Virus record (IMG/VR): IMGVR_UViG_3300028327_000691
Length of the DNA: 20,000 nucleotides
Strand: one strand, 5' to 3'
Origin: an uncultured virus (IMG/VR IMGVR_UViG_3300028327_000691)
Lineage: Duplodnaviria; Heunggongvirae; Uroviricota; Caudoviricetes
This document shows positions 7,108 through 19,100 of the stretch, piece by piece. The translations under genes and the position numbers were made by a program. The notes below the pieces were generated by a model. It was not told where the DNA came from and ran no database searches. It saw only the letters and a program-made list of their open reading frames with translations. Within the stretch, counting starts at the first letter, position 1. Every line of letters starts with the position of its first letter.

Positions 7108-10100
7108 ATGAAAGATCTGAAGGTGGGGAAATTTGTATGTGTATTGGTTTTCGTTGCGGCGCTTATTTCATTAGTTACGTGCAGTAATGAAAATGTTATT
7201 ACCGGTTTGGGATCTCAGGTTGATACTTCTCAGCCTGTGGTTTCGATAATTACCGAGTTTGGAACCGGACCGGGAACTTTTTTAACCGGTCAAAAACGGA
7301 TTTATATCGACGCTACCGACGATATGGGCGTAGCTTCCGTTACGGTTGTTTACTCCTACTATTATCTTAAAGACGGCGTACAGTATCCAATGGAAGCGGT
7401 TGTCGACGCTTTATGGAGTCAGGCAGACGGCTGTTATGTGATAGATATCGACACCTTAAACGGTTTTTATGATGAAACTACTAAACCACCATCATGGCTG
7501 CCGATGGTAGACGGACCTCTGACCGCTATTGTAATGGTTTCAGACAAAAGCGGCAAAAGAACCGTAACTCCCGATATAATCTATACCGTAAAGAACGGAC
7601 CTCCGAAGATCAACATGCAGATTCCAAGACCAAGAACAAGAAATTCCGAATTGCTTAACGAAGAGCCGTATCCTATAGTTGTCTCGGACAGCTATTTTAT
7701 GGGCGTTTTTGAAGATTTAGCCGGTCTTGCCCCGGGCTATCCTCTGATTAAATTTTGGGAAGCCGGCAAGCCGGAACCTGTCGATTACAGAGAAAACGCC
7801 GGCTGGGAAAATGTCAGCGGCTATAACAGTCCCGGCCACGGCTGGATAAGGCCTGACGAAGGAACTGCGGAATATGTAAGAGGCGAAAAGGGCGGTACCT
7901 TCCGCTATTACCTCAGGAAACGGCAGCCCAACGGAATTGCCTTTCCGGAAGATTCTAAAAACGGACTTACGCCGGATAGGAAATATAATGTTAAAATTAA
8001 AGCAGTCGATATAAACGGCATTGCTCTTGAGTGGCCCAGCGAAGTATATCCCAACAAACCCGAGTATATGACTATGTTTATGGACGCTGAGGGAATTCCT
8101 CCTATAGTTACTATAATAGAACCGGATCAAGCAAAACTTTATTTCAAAGATAACTTTAATATTATCGCGGAAGCGGAACATCAGGGCGATTTAAGCACCG
8201 AAATTTCCGAGCTTAGATTTGAAGTTACGGGAAAAGACAGAAATACGGTACTTTTGAAAAGATGGGTATACCCTGAAATTAAAGATAAATCCCAGGGAAA
8301 ATTCAAGATTGAACTTGAAAAAACTTACTACAGCCTCAAGCAAAATGAAACCATACAGCCCGCGGTAATGGTTGATAATGTAACAGAAGTTCCCGGCAAC
8401 GCTTTTTCTCAGGTAACATTTACGGACGGAAGCTTTACCTTTAATGTTATCGCGTATGATGATGTAGGCGCGAGGAAAATTGTTCCGTTCAGCATTTATG
8501 TGGACAAACAGCCGCCTGTAACCAGCGTGACGAGCGTTACCCCGTACTATACTCAGGATCCGATTACGGATGACGATAAGTCTAACGGCTTAGAGAGTAA
8601 GAATAAGCCTTACCGACGCTGGACAGTGAACAAAACTGTAAAAATAGCGGTAAACTCTACGGATAACCGCGGCGACGCCATTGATGTAGCCACAAATTAC
8701 GCGAAATTTAAATATTTGTTCAGTTTTGGCAGCGATATATCAAGCACTACTTATAACAACTGGAAAGGCAGCGATTCAGAGAAAACATTTGAACAATTTC
8801 TGTATGAGCATGGCACCGCCAAATTCTTTGATGATGTAAAGGCGAATCCCATTCCGATAACAACCGGCACACCTAATGGTAATCCGCTTGTCAAAGTAGA
8901 AGGCAAAGACGGTTCATATACCCTTTGGCTGCAAACCCATAAATATAACGCCGCGGACAAATACAAGCTGTGGATGTACATAGTCGCAATGGATAACGCG
9001 GATAATATTTCGTATGATAAAATTCTTTTGAATGTAGACCAGGATACCGATAACCCCAGTATTAAATTTGACGAAATGAATACCTTTATGAACGATAAGA
9101 GTTATATTCGCCTGACCGTTGACGATGACAACGGCTTAAGCGATGAAGCCCGTAAGGATATTCCGATAGTAGAATACAGGTTTGCGAAAAATGACGCTGA
9201 ATGGAATACTCTGAAAGCCACGGGAGAAGGTTGGCATCCGGTATATGATTGGCAAACTAAAACTTGGGACATTCTGAGCCAGGATCTTAAAAGGGTAACC
9301 ATTAATGATCTTACCCTTAGAAAAATCGCGATTGATCTTGGCCTGACAAGTGATGACTTAAAGACAGTATTGGGAACAGAAGCAGATCCAAAATACATAC
9401 AGATACGCGCGATTGATAATGTGAAAACCAAGGTTTATTCTACTGATGGAACAGCTTCCTATTCCACTCCTTGGCAGAAGTTTACAATGGACCTGACGAT
9501 TCCTGTAATTCATGTTTCTACAACAGCTTATGAAAATAATTCAACATTATCAGGCCGTGATTCTGAAAATCCGTTTGGTATACCTGAGAGGAACAAGGCA
9601 TACAAAGAAATGCCGTTTATTTACGGCGATATAATTGAAGAAAACCTGAGCTCAATCAGCGTAAAAATTGACGGTAAAGAAACAATAACCTACACAATAC
9701 TTGACAATCATGACGCCGGAAAGGATCAAACGAGGTTCAGTGTTATTTATGATGGCAGGCCGGCAATTGCTCCTGCGAATTTTTATGTCTGGAAAAATAA
9801 AGATGCTAAGGATTCGAAGCGTTGGTATATACCAAGAACTGATTTTACCGGTCTGTCTGACGGCCCGCATACCTTCGAGATAAGTTTTGAAGATAAAGTG
9901 CCTCAGGTAACATCAATGTCCTTTACGTTTTATAAAGACACCAAAGGGCCGGTTATCAGCTTTGTGAATCCGGGCGGCACGGACACTTTAACCTTTGCGG
10001 AATTGACAAAACTTAATAAGGATCTGAAGGATGGAAACGATCTGAAATATAATACTTCGTCAGGTGCTACAGCTTATAATATTTATAACAGATTAACGGG

Positions 10101-13100
10101 CATGAGCATTAAGGATATGTCCACCAAATTAAGCGGGACTTTTACCGATGATTATTCCCCTATAGCGGACGCTAATGGTAATTACAGTTTCAGTTGGAAA
10201 ATAGATAACGGCGGCTGGCAGGTTGAAAATTTAACAACTTCTGATACTGACAGTAAATCCATTAAATGGGAAGTTCCTCTTTTAACAGCCAGGGAAGCCA
10301 ATGGCGGCAAGGAATTGGACGACGGCGTACATATATTAAGTATCCGCGTGAAAGACTCATTGGGTAACGGTTCAGATGATGCTGCTCAAAAAGACAGCGG
10401 TTTTAAAAACGACATGGCGTTTTTAGTTGACAAGAGCGTTCCGGTATTAAATGTTACAAAATATCCCGATAAAGCAATAAATAACGAGTATACTTTTAAG
10501 GGAAAAATAACCGAAACTATCAAAGTAAAACAGCTTACCGTAAAACTCGGCAATGATGAAATCGCGGTCATTGATTTAGAAAAGAATGATAAAAAATTCC
10601 CGACTGTCAATGGAAAGCAATATGGGTTAGGTATCACCGTAGATGCAACTCCGGGTACCGGTATGACTTTTGACTTTGAAGTTACTATAAACCCGGCTAT
10701 CGGCGGTCTGGAAGACAGACCTCACTCGCTTATGTTCAGCGCCGTTGGTTCATCAGGCCAGGCGGGAATGACGACAAGCAGTTTTATACTCGACACTAAA
10801 GGACCGTCTATTACCATTGGAGCGCCGATCAGCGACAGCGTCTATGTTACAAATACTGAATGGGGAATTCTTGAAGACGCGGTTGTAAAAGATGATTTTT
10901 CTTCAGCTTCTTCTATAAACTCAATCTACGACAAGGTATTTATCGCCAGAATAAAAGACGGCAGCCCCTCTTTTGCTATAACACTTACCGACGAAGCATC
11001 GAATATTTTTGAAACCGGAAAAGATAAATACTGGTACAAATTTGATAACGATCTCTCATGGACACCCGTAACAGTAAATTCTTCTGACTATAATAAACCA
11101 TCGGTAAATTTAAGTCTGCCTTTGCCCGCGGATAAGCGTACAAACGGCGTACACCGCGTTAGTATCCGCGCGACGGACTCTATTGGCAACGGTTACAATG
11201 ATTTAACCGGAAACGGCGCCGATCTTGAGACAAGATACGGAGTAGGTTATCAGAGCAATCTTGTCTTTATGATCGATACAGGCGTTCCCGAACTTGTCGT
11301 TAAAAATGTTGAAGGCAAAAAAGTACCCGGCGAAGCCGCGGACTTTGGAATACACAAGAGCTCATTTAACATCAGCGGAGAAATAACCGGAACGTTTGAC
11401 GTTCAGGATTTGAGCGTAAAAATAGGTTCTACGCTTGTCGCGCAAAGATTAAACACAAACAGCGGCGTAACTATGAATAATATGACCTTTACTAAAAAAC
11501 TAAACAGCAAGCAAACTTATTACTTTACAAATGTTAATATTGATCCGTTATCAGGCGTGTCTGTAACGGACGGCAGCAAGGACGGCTCCTACACGGTCAG
11601 CGTATCTGTTAAAGGTTCTTCTGAGCAGTCGATTAGTAATGTAAGCACCGTTACCCTTGACACACAAGGCCCTAAGATTACGATTAACGCGCCGATTAAG
11701 GAGAAGATATACCTTAAAGGCACTCAGTTACCCGACATCACTTCTGCTATTTCAAGTAACAGTATTTCTTCATTGGCAAGTGATACCAAAGCCATATACT
11801 ACAAATTGCTTAATTACAATGTAAAAGACAAATCGTCGGGGCTTTCCGGCAGTTTCGCGGATACATATTCAGATGTCGGCGTTAATTACTGGTACAAGTT
11901 TAATGATGAAACATCGTGGAAAACAGGAGATACAATTTTCTCCAATGTTAACAATAAGAAGACAGCGGATTGGGCGATAGAATTACCGTCTACACTGAAT
12001 GACGGCATGAACCGCCTGAGCATACGCGTAATAGACGAGCTTTCCAACGGTTATGATAGTACTGTCGCCGCGCCCGACAACTCCGGCGGCAATGGCTTCG
12101 AATCCAACCTTAACTTTATAATTGATACGGGTACTCCTGTATTAACAAAAGTAAGCGGATTAGCGGACACATCGACCGGAGAAGACCCGACTGTGAAAGG
12201 CCCTCCCGGATTCTTTACAGTTACAGGACAAGTTACCGGAACCTTTATGGTTAAACGGCTGAGCGTATCAATAGGAGGATCCGCCGAGATTTTACTGGGA
12301 CAATCCGCCACGGTTTTACAAACGGTTGACGGCGATCAAACGCAAATGGGGGGAAATTTCTTTATTGATAATTTCTCTCTAACCCCAGCCGGTACGGAAA
12401 AAACCTTTAATTACTCTTTCGATGTAATCACCGAAAAAAACGGCGCCCAGCTTGCGTACGGTTCGCGTACTATTACTATTAACGCCGTAGGCTCGTCAGA
12501 TAACTCAGATGTTAAAACACTGTCGTTTATCTTTGACAATCAGGGGCCGAAAGTAAGCGTCAGCGTGCCGAGCGACAAGGTATATTTGAGCGGAGACGAA
12601 AGAGACAGTCTTAATTATATATTAGATAACGGGAAACCTTATCTTACCGGACAGGAAGATATTTATAAAAAGTTAGACGCCATGGTCATATCGGACGCGT
12701 CAGTCAAACTTAGCGGGACATTTAACGATGATTATTCTCCTGTAGCCCTTACCGGCAGTAACTCTTTCTGGTGGGACATTGACAATAGCGGGACATGGAA
12801 TGAAGGAAAACTTGGCGTTAATAACAAGTCCGTAAGCTGGGAAGTTGATATTGCCGATCTTGGAGTAGGCGTACATATCTTAAGTCTTCGTGTTAAAGAC
12901 TCTCTGGGGAACGGATACGATAAATTCTCCGTACTTACCGGCAAAAGCGGTGGAAATGGTTATGAAACAGACATTGCCTTCTTGATCGATAAAAATCCGC
13001 CTAAAATTGAAGATATAGTAGCACCGAAAGCCGCTCTTAAAGGCCAGTTTAGCGTTAAAGGAAGAGTAACCGATACTTACGGTGTAAAAAAGCTTAGCGT

Positions 13101-16100
13101 TAAACTCGGCAATGATGAAATTGCCATTGCTGAAAAGAACAGTTCCGGAAATTATGACTTAACAAAGAAAACAGTCGGAGGGGTAAGCAACTACGCGGAA
13201 AATATTGTTATTACCCGTACGGACGGCATAGGTAAATCTTTTGACTTTACAGTAATAATAAATCCTGTTTCCAAAAGGACAGGAAGCGGTCTTGATGACG
13301 GACCTAAATCGCTTACATTTACAGCCATTGGCTCATCCAACCAGGCGGTGATAGGGGTGGACAGTTTTACTCTTGACACCACAGGACCCAAAGTTACTGT
13401 TGGAGCGCCAATCAGCGCCAGCTTATATATTACAGGTACGGAATGGTCGAATCTTAAGCAAGCGGTTGATAGTGATAAATTTGACGTAGTATCCACCGCG
13501 CCGGGAACAACCTATGACGACTTGTTCGAAGCCAGAATAAAAGACGAAAAGGCTTCCTTTACGGTAACCTTTACCGATGACGCTTCGGATGTATTTAAAT
13601 CAGGCGAAAACACTTCTTACTGGTACAGGTTCGACGACGAAGGATGGAAGGAAGAGACTATACCAGTTACGGAATTTAACAAAAAATCGGTAAGCGTAAA
13701 ATTACCTCTGCCGGTTGCCGGAAAATGGACGGACAATGTACACCGTCTGAGCATACGCGTAAAAGATTCTCTGAAAAACGGTTATGATAATAACACCTTA
13801 GAGTCTGATATCTTAGCGCTTGGAGGTAAAGAGAGTAACAACGATTACGGACATGAAACTTACCGTACCTTTATGATCGACAGCGGCAAACCTACGCTCA
13901 CCCTTAATAAGGCGAATTTGGGGGTTTTCAAAGCCTCTGATACGCTCAGTATAAGCGGAACCATTATCGGAACATTTAAGGTTCAGGAGTTGAACGCGAA
14001 AATCGGAGATTATTCCATGTTCATTAACAGCTCCGATATTAAGCCTTTAAATGAATACAGCAAGAAAAACTATAAATTTGACGACGTTTCCATTACTCCG
14101 GTCTCAATAGAAGATTCCATAGGTAAAGCAGAAGGTTCCTACACTATCAGCTTAACCGCCAAAGGTTCTTCCGAGCAGACGGATATGAAGTCAAGCACAT
14201 TTATCCTTGACACTCAGGGACCGGTTATTTCGATTAACGCGCCGATCAATAAGGTTTACCTGACTTCAGGTCAGATAGAAGCTGTTGAATATGCTATATC
14301 AAATAACAGAACCGACTCGCTGGGAACTGACAAGAGTATATTCTTCAAATTACTTAACAACAATGTTAAAGACATATCAGCAGGGCTTTCCGGCACTTTC
14401 TCCGATACATATTCGGAAATTGGAACAAAATACTGGTACAAATTTAATAACGGCCAATGGAGAGAAGCAAATACGGATGTCGCCAGCGCGGACAATAAGA
14501 TGTCTGTTGGCTGGAAAATAAATTTAACAACTCAGCCTAACGGAACGATTACAATACCTAATGGTGAGACACTGCCGGAAGGTTTGAACAGCCTGAGCAT
14601 ACGCGTAAAAGACTCGCTTTCCAATGGTTATGATAAAGACAGTCCCGGTGTGCCTGGCGAAGGTGGCAACGGCTATGAAACCAACGTTAACTTTATACTT
14701 GACACAGGCACTCCTGTTTTAAGCGCGGTAACCGGATTATCAGAAGGAAACGAACCGGATGTGCTGGGACCGACATCGTCCATTGTTACCGTATACGGAA
14801 AAATTACCGGAACTTATATGGTCAAAAAGCTGAGCGTATCATTAGGAAACGGCGCGACGGTTGCTTTAACGACTGACGGAAATATAACATATCCGAGCGG
14901 AGGTGACCCGTTTATTAGCGCCATTAACCTGACGCCTGTTAATGATTCAAGCAAAACTTTTGATTACTATTTCAATGTTAACACTTCAAGCGGCGCCCTT
15001 CCATACGGCGCGCGGACTATTACAATTAACGCTCTTGGATCATCGGATAGTTCTACCGTAAAGACGCTGTCTTTTATTTATGATAATAAGGGACCGAATG
15101 TATCCGTAAGCGTGCCGAGTAAAAAACTCATTATGAGCGACACCGATGTTGTCGACCTTAACTCTGCCTTATACAGCGGCTCGTTATCTCCCGCGCAGCA
15201 AACGGCTTACAATGAATTAAAAACCATGCTCATAACGGATACGTCAACCGCATTGAGCGGGACATTTAACGACGAGTATTCTAATGTTGCCGAAGGGACC
15301 AACAACACTTTCTGGTGGAATATTGATAATACCGGCTGGCAAGAAAGAACTTTTGATGTTTCTATTCCCGGCAAGTCCGCAAGCTGGGCAGTTCCCATAA
15401 AAGAGCTTGGAGACGGCGTACATCTGCTTAGCCTGCGCGCGAAAGACAAATTGGGCAACGGTTCCAACGGTACTACTGAAGGTACCAGCGGCTTTGAAAA
15501 CAACATAGCCTTTATGATCGACAGAACTGCGCCAAAAATTCCGGATGCTAGTTTAATCGTACCGACAGCAGCCTTAAAAACTCCATTCTCCGTAAGCGGG
15601 AAAATAACTGATACATACGGGATTAAACGGTTAAGCATAAAACTTGGCAACGATGAAATCGCAATTCTTGAGGAGAACGGAAGTAAAACGTACCCGTCTG
15701 TCGAAGGAATAACCTATGGAAGCAATCTTGTAGTAACGCGCGGCGCGGGTAAAACCTTTGACTTTACCGCGGAAATAGATCCTTCTAAGGGTCTGAGTGT
15801 ACTGGAAGACGGCCCAATATCTCTTACATTTACTGTCATTGGCTCCTCAGGACAGGTGGCGATAGGAGTAAAGAATTTTATACTTGACACCACAGGACCC
15901 GCGATTGCAATTGGAGCGCCGATTAACGACAGCGTCTATTTAGAATCAGATAATGCTTTGACAATTATTAATGACGCGGTTGATACAGGTGATTTTTCGG
16001 TAATATCCTCTGATACTAAATTGAATGCAGCATACGAAAGGATATACAAAACCAGGGTAAAGGACAGTTCCGCTTCTTTTGCGATAACCTTTACCGATGA

Positions 16101-19100
16101 CAAGTCGCCTGTTTTCTCATCGACAAAGAAGCTTTACTGGGTCAGTTTCGACGGTCAGAGTTTTGTATCAAAAGAAATTGATCCCGCAGAGTATGGTAAA
16201 AAATCTGTGAGCATAAAACTGCCTCTGCCCAAAGAATATCAGACAGACGGCATACACAGCCTGAGTGTTCGTGTAATAGACTCTCTTGGCAATGGATATG
16301 ATTCCGGACACGTCATCTCAGAACCGGGAATCAAAGACGGTTACGTAAATAAACTTGTCTTTATGATTGACAGTGGCACACCCAAGCTTAATTTTAATAT
16401 TGTCAACAAGACAACTATAAATGAACAAGGCTCGCTTACATTAAGCGGAAATATTACCGATACATTTGAGGTTCAGGAGTTAAGCGTAAAAATTGGTTCT
16501 ACAGTTGTCGCGAGCAAAGCAGGCGATGATGTTATACCAATAACCGTTACCGGCGAAGCCAATAAGAAAAAGTTTGGTTTTACCGGTGTTAACATTAACA
16601 GCGCCGCGATTAACAGAGCCACAAATGGCGTAGAAGGTTCCTACACTATCAGCGTAACAGTTAAGGGCTCGTCCGATCAGTCGGAAATGAAGGTAAGTAC
16701 CTTTGTCCTTGACACCAAGGGACCGGTGATTTCGATTAACTCGCCAATCAAGGAAAAGATATACCTTGAAAGTACTCAGTTAAGCGATATCGATACAGCT
16801 ATTTCAAACAACAGCGTTTCTTCTCTGTCGAATGAAACCAAGGCCATATACTACAAATTGCTTAACTATAACGTTAAAGACGCTTCCGCCGGGCTTTCAG
16901 GCAGCTTTACCGATACATATTCGAGCATTGGAGAGCATTACTTGTATCAATTTAACGGCGGCGAATGGCAAGTAGGAGATACTATATTCAATGAGGGAAA
17001 TAATAAGTCGGCGGACTGGCTGATAAAATTAACGCCTCAAAATGACGGTACAATTTTACTGCCGAATAATGAGACAATGCTGAATGGCTTGAACCGCCTG
17101 AGCATACGCGTACAAGATGAGCTTAACAACGGTTGTAATCAAGGCTCCACTCCCGAAGGCAACAACGGTAACGGCTTCGAAAACAACATAACCTTTATTC
17201 TTGATACCGGTGTTCCTAAAATAAACGCAGACGGATTTGCTTTAAACGCGGTAAAGGGACCATCACCGGATCACTTTAGAGTGGAAGGGCAAATTACAGG
17301 AACATTTATAGTTAAAAGACTGAGCGTAACGCTAAAAGGTCCGTTAGCTACAATTATCGAAACCCCGATTGACGATAAACAGCAAAACATTGTGCCCAAT
17401 GACGGATTTATTCAAAACATAAGTATTACACCCGCCGCCGGAGAAAGTAGAACCTTTAATTATTCTTTCGACGTTTACTATACAAGAAATCAAGGCGGCG
17501 GCATAGTACCACTTGATTACGGTCCGAATTCCATTACAGTTAACGCCATAGGTTCGTCGGATCAGTCAGACATAAAAATACTGCCCTTTATCTATGATAA
17601 CAAGGCACCGTCAATAACCGTTAATACGCCTATCACACAAAAGATACATTTGAACGATTCAGAGTGGGAAAAAATAAAGAACGGCGTTTCTATAGACGGC
17701 GATTTATTGACTAAATACAACAATTTAAAGGATATGGTCATTAGAGACGCGTCAGACGGACTTAACGGCTACTTTAACGACGAGTATTCACAGATAGGTA
17801 ATACCTTCTGGTACAAATTCCTTGATGATGTTCCTGAAACCGGGTGGAAACCGGTACCTATTACCGTCAACGAAAAATCTGTAGCGTGGACAATACCTCT
17901 TACAGACCCGAATAACGACGAGAAAAACAGAGAAGACGGCATCTATCGCGTGAGTCTCCGTGTAAAAGACAAGCTGGGTAACGGTTTTGACGACGAAGAC
18001 AACACAAGTACAGGCACAGGTCAGGGGCATGAAACACAGCTTGCTTTTATAATTGATATGGGTATTCCTAAAATAGATTTTAAGCTGGAAAGAAACGGAG
18101 TAAAATATGATACCAATATCTTCTTTAACGGAAACTTTAAAATAGTCGGAACTATTGAGAATACTGTCAGCATTATTAAATTAAGCGCAAAAATCAGCGG
18201 TAAGGAAGTTGCCGTAGGTGGAGGGCAAGGACAATCTCCTGACGGAGTTATCATAACTCCGGTACCAGGCGAGGCTAAGAAATTTACTTTTGAAGTCCCG
18301 GTAGATCCGAAAAATATTATTATTAACGGAAAAGGACTTGAGGAAAAAGCCCACTCTGTCTCGGTTACTGTTACCGGCTCTTCGGGACAGTCTTCTATTG
18401 AGACAAGCAATTTTACTTATGATATAACCGCCCCCAGCGCGAATTTCAACTCACCTGTCGCGGGTACCAGGCATGAATACGGAAAATTTGCTAATAGCAG
18501 CACCGAATATTCAATCTGGTGGTCAGGATCATGGGAAACGGGAGAGATAAAAGTCGGCGGCGTAGCGGATGACAAGTTCGGCGTTGATAAAATCTATTAC
18601 CGCATTGGCAGGATGAGCGAAAGTATTGCTGATGGAGATAACGACACGGAAAGGGAAGCTTTTTACATGAACGATGCCATGTGGACGCCTACGTACCTGG
18701 ATGAAGAAAAGCCAGCTTCAAAATGGTCGGGCGGTCTTTATTATTGGAATTATCAGGATAATTTGAATCCATACCAATTTGCTACTTCATTAATTGAGAG
18801 GAAAGTTGATACCGCATCAACACCCGATCATTCTGATAATATGTTCTATTTGCCGTTCTATGTGAAGGTTGTAGACCGAGCGGGGAATATAAATGTCGTA
18901 CAGTACAAAGTATATGTTGATCCTGACAAGGATATTCCAAGCACCAGAATTGTATCGCCTTCCAACAACGTAAGGGTTGGCGGTGAAATCAGAATAACAG
19001 GTACGGCAAGTGACAACGACTGGGTTCACAGCGTAGATATAAGGATAATTGACAAGTCAAAAGAGCCCGGAGACGCAGGTTACTATTATATAAGCCCGGG

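Noticed and set aside
9937..18420. Repeats as DGR template/variable regions or an assembly artefact
   Set aside because: Units differ at all base types and by indels, not only at adenines, and no reverse transcriptase is in view. The copies are too divergent to be a mis-assembly.
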